Assembly (NCBI GenBank): GCA_001777915.1
Contig: MFFN01000007.1
Coordinates: 4,807 to 68,806 of the forward strand
Direction: 5' to 3'
Source: Candidatus Edwardsbacteria bacterium RifOxyA12_full_54_48
GTDB lineage: Bacteria > Edwardsbacteria > AC1 > EtOH8
DNA: 64,000 nt
Shown here: piece by piece, positions 44,305 to 53,984 of the stretch
How positions within the stretch are numbered: the first letter of the stretch is position 1
How the letters are laid out: every line of letters begins with the position of its first letter
Translations under genes and position numbers: made by a program
Notes under the pieces: generated by a model
The model's input: the letters and a program-made list of their open reading frames with translations, nothing else
Databases searched by the model: none
What the model was told of the DNA's origin: nothing

Positions 44305-46170
44305 ATGCGTCTTTATCTGCGGTTGTTGAGCTACCTGGGGCCCTACAAAAAACAGTTCGCCCTGTCCATTGTCTGCATGATGTTCCTGGCCCTGTTCTCG
44401 GGGGCTTCGCTGGGGGTGATCGCCCCGTTCATGAAGGTGCTGTTCCTCCAGCCGGAGCAGGCCGCCCAGCAGACGGCAAAGATAGGCTTTCCCTCGGGCT
44501 TTAGCGGTTCATTGGAGCAGATCAAGAACTGGTTCCTGTGGTGGCTGACCAGCGGGGGCCGGATCTCCGGGATAGCCAAGCTGTGCTGGATAATACTGGC
44601 GGTGTTCTTTGTCAAGAACCTGTTCAACTACCTGCAGCGCCTGCTGACGGTGCATATCGAGCAGCACATCACCATGGACATCCGCAACCAGATGTACGGC
44701 CACCTCCAGCAGCTGTCGCTGGGCTATTTCCAGCGCAACAAGGTGGGGCAGGTGGTCTCCCGGCTGACCAACGACGTCAACATGGTGCGGGGAGCCATCA
44801 CCGAGGGGTCGCTGTCCATCGTCAGGCAGTCTCTCCAGGTGCTGGTCTATCTGGCCATCGTGATTATCGCGGCCTGGAAACTGTCGCTGATCGCCATGCT
44901 GGTGCTGCCCGGCTGCCTGCTGCTGATCACCCTCATCGGACGGCGCCTGAGGAAAAGGGGCCGGCAGCTGCAGGAGAGGATAGCCGACCTGACCGCGGTG
45001 GTGACCGAGACCATCGCCGGGATCCGCCTGGTGAAGACCTTTGCCGCCGAGGAATACGAGAAGCAGAAATTCACCAGATACAACCGGGATTATTACCGGA
45101 CTATCTTCCGTTTCGAGACCATGTCCGCCCTGTCCTCTCCCCTGACCGAATATCTGGGGGCGGCGGTGGGGGTGCTGATCATCTGGGTGGCCAAGGATTA
45201 CATCGCCGGAGCCGACGCCCTCAGTCCCGAAAGGTTCTTCGTGTTCCTGGCGGCGGCCTTCTCCATGATCCAGCCGCTCAACGGGCTGGCCAGCGTCAAC
45301 TCCACGGTGCAGCAGGGCCTGGCGGCCTCGGAGAGGATCTTCGGCCTGCTGGACCAGGCCCCGGAGGTCATCGATCAGCCCGGAGCCGCCGTGGTGGATG
45401 AATTCCGCCAATCCATAAAATTCAGGCAGATGGATTTTGCCTACAGCCCCCATCCGGCCATCGCCCCGGAAACAGCCGGGCAGTCCCCGGAGCTGGTCCT
45501 CAGGGGCATCGACCTGGAGATCATGCGGGGGGAGATGCTGGCCCTGGTGGGGCCGTCGGGGGCCGGCAAATCCACCCTGGTGGATCTGATCCCGCGGTTC
45601 TACGATCCGGTCAAAGGGGCGATCTACCTGGATGGAAAGAATCTGCGGGAGCTGGACTCGAAATCGCTGCGCCAGCTGATGGGCATCGTGGGCCAGGAGA
45701 CCATTCTGTTCCACGACACCATATTCAACAATATCGCCTACGGCAAGCGGGATGCCACCCAGCAGCAGGTGGAGGAGGCCGCCAAGGCCGCCAACGCCCA
45801 TGAATTTGTATCCCAGATGCCGGAGGGCTACCAGACCGTCATCGGGGAGCGGGGGGTCAGGCTCTCGGGCGGGGAACGCCAGCGGATATCCATCGCCCGG
45901 GCCATCCTGAAGAACCCGCCCATCCTGATATTCGACGAGGCCACCTCGGCCCTGGACGCCCATTCGGAGGTGCTGGTGCAGCAGGCCATCGACCGTCTGA
46001 TGTCCAACCGCACCGCCATAGTGATAGCCCACCGGCTGTCCACCGTCCAGCGGGCCGACCGGATAGTGGTGCTGGACCAGGGGCGGATCATGGAGATGGG
46101 GAAACACCAGAAATTGCTGGAAAAACGGGGCCTGTACTGGAAACTTTACAATATCCAATTCAACAAATAG
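44305..46170 (+). CDS. ABC transporter permease/ATPase fusion, MsbA-like lipid exporter family
   Basis: ATG 44305 (the track's 44188 start overlaps the divergent gene). Six TM helices, GPSGAGKSTLVDL, LSGGERQRISIARA, ILIFDEATSALD. Confidence 0.8.
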   Translation: MRLYLRLLSYLGPYKKQFALSIVCMMFLALFSGASLGVIAPFMKVLFLQPEQAAQQTAKIGFPSGFSGSLEQIKNWFLWWLTSGGRISGIAKLCWIILAVFFVKNLFNYLQRLLTVHIEQHITMDIRNQMYGHLQQLSLGYFQRNKVGQVVSRLTNDVNMVRGAITEGSLSIVRQSLQVLVYLAIVIIAAWKLSLIAMLVLPGCLLLITLIGRRLRKRGRQLQERIADLTAVVTETIAGIRLVKTFAAEEYEKQKFTRYNRDYYRTIFRFETMSALSSPLTEYLGAAVGVLIIWVAKDYIAGADALSPERFFVFLAAAFSMIQPLNGLASVNSTVQQGLAASERIFGLLDQAPEVIDQPGAAVVDEFRQSIKFRQMDFAYSPHPAIAPETAGQSPELVLRGIDLEIMRGEMLALVGPSGAGKSTLVDLIPRFYDPVKGAIYLDGKNLRELDSKSLRQLMGIVGQETILFHDTIFNNIAYGKRDATQQQVEEAAKAANAHEFVSQMPEGYQTVIGERGVRLSGGERQRISIARAILKNPPILIFDEATSALDAHSEVLVQQAIDRLMSNRTAIVIAHRLSTVQRADRIVVLDQGRIMEMGKHQKLLEKRGLYWKLYNIQFNK

Positions 46171-46189
46171 GAGGCCAGCCAATAGCGAT

Positions 46190-47296
46190 ATGAGGCTGCC
46201 GGCAGTGGAGAAATATTTTAAGGCCGCCCTGCTTAAGGCCCTGGGGCTGCTGCTGCCTGACCGGCGTCACCAAGCCCGGGAGGTGGACCTTTCCCTGATC
46301 AGGCGGGTGATAGTGATCCGCCAGCATGACCAGCTGGGGGACCTGCTGCTTTCCACCCCGGCCTTCCGGGCCCTCCGGCAGGCCCTGCCCCAGGCCCAGA
46401 TCACCGTGGTGGCCCGGCAGTACACCTATCGGGTGCTGGAGCACAATCCCGACATCGATCGGATCCTGGTCTTTCCGGAAAAATTATATCAGGCCACCCC
46501 GGCCAAGCTGTGGAGGCTGTGGCAGGGCCTGAGGCAGGGTTGCGACCTGGCGGTGGTGCTCAACACCATCTCCCATTCTCTGTCCAGCGATATTTTGGCC
46601 CGTCTTACCGGGGCCAGATATATTTTGGGCTCGGCCGAAAACCCCTTCCCGGGGGCCCGGCCAAATTTGTTTTACAACCTGCTGGCTCCCGGCTTTGGGG
46701 AGCGGGTTCACGAGACCCGCCGCAACCTGAGGATCCTGGAATACCTGAACATCAGAACCAAAGATATGGGAGAGAGCTGTGCCCTATCGCCCCAGGAGGA
46801 GGAACAGGGCCGGGACATCCTTTACAAGAATCACATCATGCCGGAGCGGACGGTGGGCATCCATCTGGGGGCCTATAATGTCTGCAACCGCTGGCCTTAT
46901 CAGAACTACGCCGCCCTGGCCGACTGGCTGGTCAAGGATTTCGGGTTTCAGGTGGCGGTCTTCTGGGGGCCGGGGGAGGATGAGCTGGGGGAGAGGTTCC
47001 TGGGGCTGGTGAAGGGCGATGTCAAGGTACTGTCCGGGCTGGACATCCGCCAGCTGGCCTCGGTGATGAAACCGCTGAGGCTGATGGTCTGCAACGACAC
47101 CGGGGTGATGCACCTTTCCGCGGCGCTGGGCACCCCCACCTTCGCCATCTTCGGGCGCAGCGAGCCGGAGTTCTGGCGGCCCTTGAACAGGAATTTCTAC
47201 GGGGTCCGGGGGCTGGACAAAACCTGCGCTTCGGCCGAGCTGGAGGTGGTCCAGTCGGGCATAAAAAGGATGCTGTCCCGCAGGGATCTCTTCTAA
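46190..47296 (+). CDS. glycosyltransferase family 9 (LPS heptosyltransferase-like)
   Basis: MVCNDTGVMHLSAALGTPTFAIFG matches the heptosyltransferase C-terminal motif. Adjacent to the msbA-like gene. Confidence 0.75.
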   Translation: MRLPAVEKYFKAALLKALGLLLPDRRHQAREVDLSLIRRVIVIRQHDQLGDLLLSTPAFRALRQALPQAQITVVARQYTYRVLEHNPDIDRILVFPEKLYQATPAKLWRLWQGLRQGCDLAVVLNTISHSLSSDILARLTGARYILGSAENPFPGARPNLFYNLLAPGFGERVHETRRNLRILEYLNIRTKDMGESCALSPQEEEQGRDILYKNHIMPERTVGIHLGAYNVCNRWPYQNYAALADWLVKDFGFQVAVFWGPGEDELGERFLGLVKGDVKVLSGLDIRQLASVMKPLRLMVCNDTGVMHLSAALGTPTFAIFGRSEPEFWRPLNRNFYGVRGLDKTCASAELEVVQSGIKRMLSRRDLF

Positions 47297-47314
47297 ATTG
47301 AACAGATACAAACG

Positions 47315-47340
47315 AAAAGGGCCGGAAAACCGGCCCTTTT
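47315..47340. terminator. bidirectional terminator
   Basis: AAAAGGGCCGG-AAAA-CCGGCCCTTTT. Confidence 0.8.
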
Positions 47341-47341
47341 G

Positions 47342-48442
47342 TCATTTCAGCATTACCATTCTCTTCAAGTCAACCGTCCCCTCCTTAACCGAGAGCCGGT
47401 AAAAATATATTCCCGGCGGGAGCAGCCTGCCTGCCTGATCGGTGCCGTTCCATTCCACTCTGTGACTGCCCGAAGCGTTTTCATTCAGATCAATGGTCCT
47501 GACAGCCTGCCCCAGCAGGTTGAAGATCTCGATCCGGGCCCGGCCCGGCGAAGCCAGGGAATAACTTATGGCGGTCTTATCCTTAAAGGGGTTAGGGTTG
47601 TTCTGGTACAATCTGTTTCTACCGGCCATGGTAAGCGGAGGCTCGCCCTCTGCTCCCAAGGCCGGGAAATAGGCCCGGCGGATAAGGGTGCTGTCCAGGA
47701 CGTAGGGATTGACCTTGCCCTGCTGGTAGGCGGCGATCTTCTTGGTGCGAGCTATCTCCCGGGCATCGGCCGGATCGCTGACATGCCAGGCATACAAAAT
47801 ATCCCGCTGGCCGGTCCACCAGGAATCACTGGTGTCGCCCAGCTGCCAGAAGGTCAGGATGTAATACATAGCCCGGGCGGTGTTGCCCTTCTGAATTTCC
47901 CGGGTCTCAAACCTGACATTGGTTAAAAGCTCCGCATACTGATCAATAACAGAAGATGGAATGGTCGTGGTAATTACATTATTGCGATACCATTTATTTG
48001 TCTGGTTATCAGGAATATCTCCAAAAGGAAGAGTTCCCCGGTCCCCGTTCACCTGGACCTCGGTGGGAAACAGGTGGTGCAGGTCGGAGACGGCGGTGCT
48101 GGACGACAGCATACTTTGGGGCCAGGTATGCTCGCAGTTGATGTCATGATCATAGGCCCAGGTGCTGGGATCCTGGCCGGGATCCATATATATCTTATAT
48201 CCGCTGTAGACGCACTCCAGGCTGTCGTTTAGCTTATCTATCTCCCCATACATAACATCCCTACCAGCATCGTAGCCCAGATTGGCGGTGGATTTATATG
48301 ACGAGATCAACGAATTCCGCAGGGTGGCGCCGGTCTGCCCGGGGAAAATGGTGGAGTCCGGCGGGACGGTCCCGGCGGAAACAGATCCGGCCGAAAATAG
48401 TTGCGCCGAAATCAGCAACAGGGAGATCTTAAAATATTTCAT
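47342..48442 (-). CDS. secreted endonuclease I family nuclease with Por/T9SS-type C-terminal domain
   Basis: Start ATG 48442 (AAGGA RBS) gives the signal MKYFKISLLLISAQLFSAGSVSA. NCEHTWPQS...DLHHLFP...NGDRG are endonuclease I motifs. C-terminal sorting domain present. Confidence 0.8.
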   Translation of the reverse strand: MKYFKISLLLISAQLFSAGSVSAGTVPPDSTIFPGQTGATLRNSLISSYKSTANLGYDAGRDVMYGEIDKLNDSLECVYSGYKIYMDPGQDPSTWAYDHDINCEHTWPQSMLSSSTAVSDLHHLFPTEVQVNGDRGTLPFGDIPDNQTNKWYRNNVITTTIPSSVIDQYAELLTNVRFETREIQKGNTARAMYYILTFWQLGDTSDSWWTGQRDILYAWHVSDPADAREIARTKKIAAYQQGKVNPYVLDSTLIRRAYFPALGAEGEPPLTMAGRNRLYQNNPNPFKDKTAISYSLASPGRARIEIFNLLGQAVRTIDLNENASGSHRVEWNGTDQAGRLLPPGIYFYRLSVKEGTVDLKRMVMLK

Positions 48443-48538
48443 GTCCATTCCTTTGATCATCAACCCAATTATCCCCCCGGAACGTCAAAAAGTCAAGCCC
48501 TTTGCAATCGCCGGGTATTTTATGGTAAACTTAAGGCC

Positions 48539-50479
48539 ATGATCCAGCTTTCCAACATAAACGTGTCCTTTGGCGACAAGGCCCTGTTCAAGAACCTGGG
48601 ATGGAATATCGGCCTTAACGAGAGGATCGCCCTGGTCGGCCCCAACGGGGCCGGCAAGACCACCCTGTTCAAGGTGGCCCTGGGGCTGATGGTTCCCACC
48701 CAGGGGCAGCGGTCCTGTTCCAACGGCATGCGCACCGGATATCTGCCCCAGGAGGAAGTGGTGCTGGCCGGCCGGTCCGTTCTGGAGGAGGCGATGTCGG
48801 TCTTTGCCGACCAGCGTTCCATCCAGGAGGAGATAGACCAGCTCTCCAGTCTGATGTCCACCATGGATCAGGATGATCCCGAACTGGCCCCGGTGGTGGA
48901 ACGCTACGGCGAACTGCATCATATGTTCGAAGGCTTCGACGGCTACCTGCTGGAGACCCGGGCCCGATCGGTGCTGCAGGGGCTGGGGTTCTCCCCGGCC
49001 GACCTGGATCAGCCGGTGGAGAATTTCTCCGGCGGCTGGCAGATGCGCCTGGCCCTGGCCAAGCTTTTATTGGAGGAGCCCTCCTACCTGTTCCTGGACG
49101 AGCCCACCAACCATCTGGACATCGAGTCCATGGACTTCCTGGAGGGCTATTTGAAAGGCTTCAGGGGCTCGATGGTGGTGATCTCGCACGACCGCTATTT
49201 CATCGACCGGACCATAAAAAAGATATACGAGCTGGACCTGGGGCGCTTTTCGCTCTATCACACCAATTATTCCGGCTACCTGGAGGAAAAGGAGAAGCGC
49301 CGGGAACTGCTGGTCAAGCAGAAGGAGGAGCAGGCCAAGGAGATCGAGCATATCCGGGAGTTCATCGCCCGCTGGAGGGGCAACTTCATCAAGCGGGCCA
49401 TGGTCCACAGCCGGGAGAAGATGCTGGAGCGCCTGCTGGCGGAGCGGATAGAGATACCCCAGAGCCGGCGCAGCTTCCGGCTGGGGCTGCCGGAGGCGCC
49501 ACACTGCGGGCGGCGGATGCTGGAGCTGTCCCACGTCACCAAAGGCTACGGCGACAAGGTGGTGCTCAAGGACATCGATTTCCTGGTGGAGAAGGGCCAC
49601 AAGATAGGCCTGTTGGGGGTCAACGGGGCGGGCAAGACCACCCTGCTGAAGATGATGGCCGGGGTGGAGGAGGTGACCTCCGGGGAGAAGACGCTTTATC
49701 CCAACGTCAGCCTGGCTTATTTCGCCCAGCACACCGCCGAGATGCTGGACCCCGCCAAGACGGTGATGGAGCAGGTGGAGTCGGTGATCCCCACCGAGAC
49801 CCCCGGCCGGGTGCGGACCATCCTGGGCGCATTTCTGTTTTCCGGGGATGATGTCTTCAAGCCGGTCAAAGTGCTGTCCGGCGGGGAGAAGTCCCGGCTG
49901 GCCCTGTGCTGCACTTTGCTGCTGCCGGCCAATCTGCTGATCATGGACGAGCCCACCAATCATCTGGACCTCAAGGGCAAGGAGGTACTGGAGCAGGCCT
50001 TAAAAGAGTTCAAGGGGACGGTGGTGCTGGTGACCCACGACCGCTATATCATCGACCAGGTGGTGGACACCATCGTCGAGGTGGCCGACCAGGCGCTAAA
50101 GATCTATCCCGGCAACTATTCCGAATATCTGTATAAAAAGGAGCTGGACCGCCAGTCCTCCCAGGCAGCCAGCAATGCCCCCAGATCCGAACCGGCCAGC
50201 GAGGAAAAGTCGGACTGGGAGGAGGCCAAACGGCGCAAGGCCCGGGAGGCGGCCGAGGAGCGCAAGCGGCTAAGGCTGATCTCCGAGCTGGAGCACCGCA
50301 TCGCAACACTGGAGGCCCGGCAGAGGCAGTTGGAGTCGCCCTCCGGCGGCCTGGCCGATCCCGAGGTCTACCGGAACGGCGATCGGATGAAGGGGCTGAT
50401 GAACCAGTTCGACTCCAACAAGCAGGAGCTGCAGCGGCTGCTGGACCGCTGGGAACATTATCATGCGAAAGGCGAATAG
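48539..50479 (+). CDS. ABC-F family ATPase (two ABC domains, C-terminal coiled coil)
   Basis: GPNGAGKTTLF / LSGGWQMRLALA and GVNGAGKTTLLK / LSGGEKSRLAL. No TM segments. Confidence 0.85.
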   Translation: MIQLSNINVSFGDKALFKNLGWNIGLNERIALVGPNGAGKTTLFKVALGLMVPTQGQRSCSNGMRTGYLPQEEVVLAGRSVLEEAMSVFADQRSIQEEIDQLSSLMSTMDQDDPELAPVVERYGELHHMFEGFDGYLLETRARSVLQGLGFSPADLDQPVENFSGGWQMRLALAKLLLEEPSYLFLDEPTNHLDIESMDFLEGYLKGFRGSMVVISHDRYFIDRTIKKIYELDLGRFSLYHTNYSGYLEEKEKRRELLVKQKEEQAKEIEHIREFIARWRGNFIKRAMVHSREKMLERLLAERIEIPQSRRSFRLGLPEAPHCGRRMLELSHVTKGYGDKVVLKDIDFLVEKGHKIGLLGVNGAGKTTLLKMMAGVEEVTSGEKTLYPNVSLAYFAQHTAEMLDPAKTVMEQVESVIPTETPGRVRTILGAFLFSGDDVFKPVKVLSGGEKSRLALCCTLLLPANLLIMDEPTNHLDLKGKEVLEQALKEFKGTVVLVTHDRYIIDQVVDTIVEVADQALKIYPGNYSEYLYKKELDRQSSQAASNAPRSEPASEEKSDWEEAKRRKAREAAEERKRLRLISELEHRIATLEARQRQLESPSGGLADPEVYRNGDRMKGLMNQFDSNKQELQRLLDRWEHYHAKGE

Positions 50480-52054
50480 ATGAAGAATTCCATCACTGTT
50501 ATCATCAACGCCGATATATACACCATGAAGGGGCGGCAGAGGGCCAAAGCCCTGGCCTGCGATGCCGGGGGCGGAACGATCCTGGATGTGGGCGGGAACA
50601 GCCAGATACTGGGCAGATACAAGGCCCTGAAGCCCGAGGTCATCGACCTGAAGGGGAAGGTGGTCCTGCCGGGCTTCACCGACTGCCACACCCATTTCTG
50701 CAATTACTGCCTGCTGGCCTCCCGGCCGGACCTGGACGGCATCCGGTTCATCAAGGAATGCCTGCAGGCGGTGGCCAGGTATGTCACCGGGAAAGCGCCC
50801 GGCCAGTGGGTCTTGGGCGGGGGCTGGAACAAGAACCTCTGGAGCGACGGCCGTCTGCCGGCAGCCCAGGACCTGGACACGGTGTCCATCAACAATCCGG
50901 TGATGCTGTGGAGCAAGGACTGGCACACCATCTGGCTGAACTCGGCGGCCATGGTGGCGCTGGACATCCACTCCCAGACCCCGGAGGTCCCCGGCGGAAC
51001 AATCGAGCGCGACGCCAGGGGCAGGCCCAGCGGCATCCTGCGGGAGGAAGCGGCCAATCACTACTATCGCCTGGCTCCCAAGGCATCGATCGAGGAATAT
51101 TCCCAGGCCGTGATCCAGGGCCAGAAGAGATTCGCCCAAATGGGCCTGAGCGGGTTCCATACCATGGAGGGGGTGGAGGAATTCAATGTTCTGCAGTCTT
51201 TGTCGATCCAGAACAAATTATTCTTAAGAGGAACGCTTTACCATAACATCAAGGCCCTGGACGGGCTGGCCTCGGCCGGGATAAAAAGCGGTTTCGGCGG
51301 TCGGAATTTGAAGATCGGAGGGGTAAAACTCTTTGTCGACGGGTCGCTGGGCTCCCAGACGGCATTGATGCTGGAGCCATACCGCAACAGCGCCTCATTG
51401 GGCATGAACACCATGCCGCCCGGGGAACTGCTGGCCCTGATAAGCCGGGCCTCGCAGAACGGCCTGGCCTGCGCCATTCATGCCATCGGCGATGCCGCCA
51501 ACCGCCTGGCGCTGGATACTTTTCAGAAGGCCAAGGATCTCAATAAAGATCTGCGGCACCGGATAGAGCACTGCCAACTGGTCCATCCCGAAGATATTGC
51601 CAGGTTCAAGGAGCTGGGCATCATCGCCTCGGTGCAGCCCATCCATTGCCCGTCCGACCTGGACATCATCGAAAAATACTGGGGAGAGCGGGGGGCCTAT
51701 GCTTACCCGTTCGGCGATCTGTCCAGGAAAAAGGCCAGGGTGGTCTTCGGCTCGGATTGTCCCATCGAAACGCCGGATCCGTTCCGGGCCATTCAGGCGG
51801 CCGTCGCCCGGCAGAGGATCCCGCCGGACCGTCCGCCGTTCCATCCGGAGCAGAAGATGTCGGTCTGGAACTGCATCAAGGCCTATACTGCCGATGCCGC
51901 CTATGCCTCGGGGGATGAGGGCTGGAAGGGGACTTTGGAGCCCGGCAAGGCGGCGGACTTTATCTGCCTTTCGGAGGATATTTTCCAGGCAAACCCGGAG
52001 GAGATACATAAGATAAAGGTGGAGAGGACATTCATCGGCGGGAGAGAGATTTAA
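50480..52054 (+). CDS. amidohydrolase-family (Amidohydro_3-like) metal-dependent hydrolase
   Basis: PGFTDCHTHF metal-binding start, HAIGD, and IEHCQL motifs. Confidence 0.75.
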   Translation: MKNSITVIINADIYTMKGRQRAKALACDAGGGTILDVGGNSQILGRYKALKPEVIDLKGKVVLPGFTDCHTHFCNYCLLASRPDLDGIRFIKECLQAVARYVTGKAPGQWVLGGGWNKNLWSDGRLPAAQDLDTVSINNPVMLWSKDWHTIWLNSAAMVALDIHSQTPEVPGGTIERDARGRPSGILREEAANHYYRLAPKASIEEYSQAVIQGQKRFAQMGLSGFHTMEGVEEFNVLQSLSIQNKLFLRGTLYHNIKALDGLASAGIKSGFGGRNLKIGGVKLFVDGSLGSQTALMLEPYRNSASLGMNTMPPGELLALISRASQNGLACAIHAIGDAANRLALDTFQKAKDLNKDLRHRIEHCQLVHPEDIARFKELGIIASVQPIHCPSDLDIIEKYWGERGAYAYPFGDLSRKKARVVFGSDCPIETPDPFRAIQAAVARQRIPPDRPPFHPEQKMSVWNCIKAYTADAAYASGDEGWKGTLEPGKAADFICLSEDIFQANPEEIHKIKVERTFIGGREI

Positions 52055-52076
52055 AATATTAATTATTGGGGGTTAT

Positions 52077-52688
52077 ATGAGAAATACAATAATATTCGTA
52101 ATCATCGCAACAATATTTTATTCGTGCGATAAAATAGAAGAAAATAATAATACAAAAGTGGATATTAAAAGGAATACGCAAACTATACAAGATTCAACAA
52201 TATATTGTGCTTTAAAATACAATCTTGAAATTTTTACAATGGCACACAGTACATCAAATAATATTGATTCTATTATAAAGTATTATGAATTAAATGAAAA
52301 TAATAAAATTGAAAGCAAAGCAAAGTCATTTCCGGAAACGCAAGAAGATGAACATCTTTTAAATACATTCATTGGTATAATTATGAAAGGGAAATTAAAT
52401 GTTACATATATAATAAAAATGACGCTGATTAATAAAAACAATGCTGAACTAGGGGAGGTGTTTATTGATGTTCTTGCAAAACATTGGCAAAACCCAGAGA
52501 AAGATTTCATTAAGGCCGTTATCAGCTTGCCAGATTCAGAGTGTGCAAGAATTATTTATAGCACAATTCCGGAAGAGCCAAAAGAAGTAAAAGAAATTAT
52601 AAAAAAGGTAGATAAATTATCGGAAATAAAAAATCTAAAAGGCTATGATTTATTAAAGAAAATATTAATTGAATTAGCTAATAGATAA
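52077..52688 (+). CDS. hypothetical lipoprotein (AT-rich orphan)
   Basis: Lipobox IFYSCDK, Asn/Lys/Ile-rich, no recognisable family. Confidence 0.5.
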   Translation: MRNTIIFVIIATIFYSCDKIEENNNTKVDIKRNTQTIQDSTIYCALKYNLEIFTMAHSTSNNIDSIIKYYELNENNKIESKAKSFPETQEDEHLLNTFIGIIMKGKLNVTYIIKMTLINKNNAELGEVFIDVLAKHWQNPEKDFIKAVISLPDSECARIIYSTIPEEPKEVKEIIKKVDKLSEIKNLKGYDLLKKILIELANR

Positions 52689-52800
52689 TATATTACCCCG
52701 GCGACGGCTGATCCGCAGCATCCTTGGCCACGGCCTGCAATTCCTTCCTGCATTTTATATTCACTTTGCTCATCAACGCCAATCAGCACTTTATGTGGGT

Positions 52801-52884
52801 GTCGCATTAGCTCTGCTGCTGAATAAAGAAGGCCGTTAGGAATTTGGCATTGTCTGAGCAAAGCGAGTTTGTCAAATTTAGGCC
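52801..52884 (+). repeat. repeat module A, copy 1
   Basis: An 84-nt unit GTCGCATTAGCTCTGCTGCTGAATAAAGAAGGC..TTAGGAATTTGGCATTGT.TGAGC.AAGCGAGTTTGTCAAATTTAGGCC. It recurs at 53468-53551 with about 5 differences. Confidence 0.8.
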
Positions 52885-52973
52885 TTCGGTCTTAAGGCTT
52901 CCGGGCAGAGGTATAGCGACAGGTTCTCTTTGCCACTTTCTCTTCAAAGAGAAAGTGGGGAACCATGGACCCT

Positions 52974-53175
52974 CTTACTTTTCTGCAGGCCAGAAAAGTA
53001 ACAAAAGAACCTTGTCCGCCCGGCAATTTCCGGCAGGAATGATACTCACGGACTAAATTCCTTGACCGGGGCGGGGAGATAAGCTCTGCAATGAATTTTT
53101 CACGCCCGTTTTGCTGGGGCAAAATTGCCGAAGGCGGGGAACCGAGTACCTAGGTCGCATCAGCTCTGCTGCTGA
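52974..53175 (+). repeat. repeat module D, copy 1 (~202 nt)
   Basis: Starts with the hairpin TTACTTTTCTG..CAGAAAAGTAA and ends ...GGTCGCATCAGCTCTGCTGCTGA. It aligns along its length with 53281-53489. Confidence 0.75.
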
Positions 53176-53236
53176 CGAGCTTTTGACCTCATCCTTCCCT
53201 CTCCTAATGCTTTATGAGAGGGGTAGGGGAGAGGTG
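53176..53236 (+). repeat. repeat module C, copy 1
   Basis: CGAGCTTTTGACCTCATCCTTCCCTCTCCTAATGCTTTATGAGAGGGGTAGGGGAGAGGTG (CCCTCTCC/GAGAGGGG hairpin). The second copy is at 53586-53646. Confidence 0.75.
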
Positions 53237-53280
53237 CGGGACAAAAAAGAAAAAGAACAGCATAATTCCCCAAAACGTGC

Positions 53281-53489
53281 CTTACTTTCTCTTGTGACCA
53301 AGAGAAAGTAACAAAGAGAAGTCTTGCCCGCCCGACAATTTCCGGCAGGAATGATATCCCCGGGCTAAATTCCTTGACCAGGGCTGGGTGCTATGCTCTG
53401 CAATGAATTTTCACGCCCGCTCCCGCCATAGCAAAATTGCCGAAGGCGGGGGAACGGGTAATGTCCGGTCGCATTAGCTCTGCTGCTGA
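53281..53489 (+). repeat. repeat module D, copy 2 (~209 nt)
   Basis: See copy 1. Here module A (53468-53551) is fused to or inserted at its 3' end before module C. Confidence 0.75.
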
Positions 53490-53551
53490 ATAAAGAAGGC
53501 ACTTAGGAATTTGGCATTGTTTGAGCGAAGCGAGTTTGTCAAATTTAGGCC
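53468..53551 (+). repeat. repeat module A, copy 2
   Basis: See copy 1. Confidence 0.8.
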
Positions 53552-53585
53552 GACGTCATAGGACTGCCAAGCAGAGGTTTAGCGA

Positions 53586-53646
53586 CGAGCTGTTGACCTC
53601 ACCCTTCCCTCTCCTAATGCTTTAGGAGAGGGGCAGGGGAGAGGTG
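53586..53646 (+). repeat. repeat module C, copy 2
   Basis: CGAGCTGTTGACCTCACCCTTCCCTCTCCTAATGCTTTAGGAGAGGGGCAGGGGAGAGGTG. Confidence 0.75.
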
Positions 53647-53688
53647 TTATAAGAGAAAGCGGAGGCTGGTTTTGAAAGAAAATAACAA

Positions 53689-53712
53689 AGGGACGATCAA
53701 ATGATCGTCCCT
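53689..53712 (-). terminator. terminator hairpin downstream of tRNA-Met
   Basis: AGGGACGATC-AAAT-GATCGTCCCT. On the minus strand it is followed by a T-rich run (TTGTTATTTTCTTTC). Confidence 0.65.
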
Positions 53713-53766
53713 TAAATATTCCTGGCGCCCGCTCAAGGCGGACTACTGCCCAGCGAGAAGTCAAAC

Positions 53767-53842
<76 letters not shown>

Positions 53843-53919
53843 ACAAAGTGCGGTAATGATAACATATCGATAGAGGGTTAGTCAATATCTTTAATGCCCG
53901 CAATGCGGCAGATCCTGGC

Positions 53920-53948
53920 TTGACATGCCGCGCCGGGGTTGTTATAAT
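53920..53948 (+). promoter_or_regulatory. consensus sigma-70 promoter (TTGACA-17 nt-TATAAT)
   Basis: TTGACA at 53920-25, 17-nt spacer, TATAAT at 53943-48, 37 nt before ATG 53985. Confidence 0.65.
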
Positions 53949-53984
53949 CATATGAAATTTAATGAATAACATTGATATCCAGAT

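Noticed and set aside
44188-48538. The long N-terminal extensions proposed by the ORF track for the ABC exporter (44188) and the ABC-F ATPase (48401).
   Set aside because: The extensions overlap the divergent upstream genes on the opposite strand and lack family similarity. The internal ATGs (44305, 48539) coincide with the start of conserved sequence.
52690-53766. Possible CRISPR array in the repeat field.
   Set aside because: The repeat units are 60-210 nt, of several different kinds, irregularly ordered and partly nested. There is no constant short repeat/spacer periodicity, and no cas genes are nearby.
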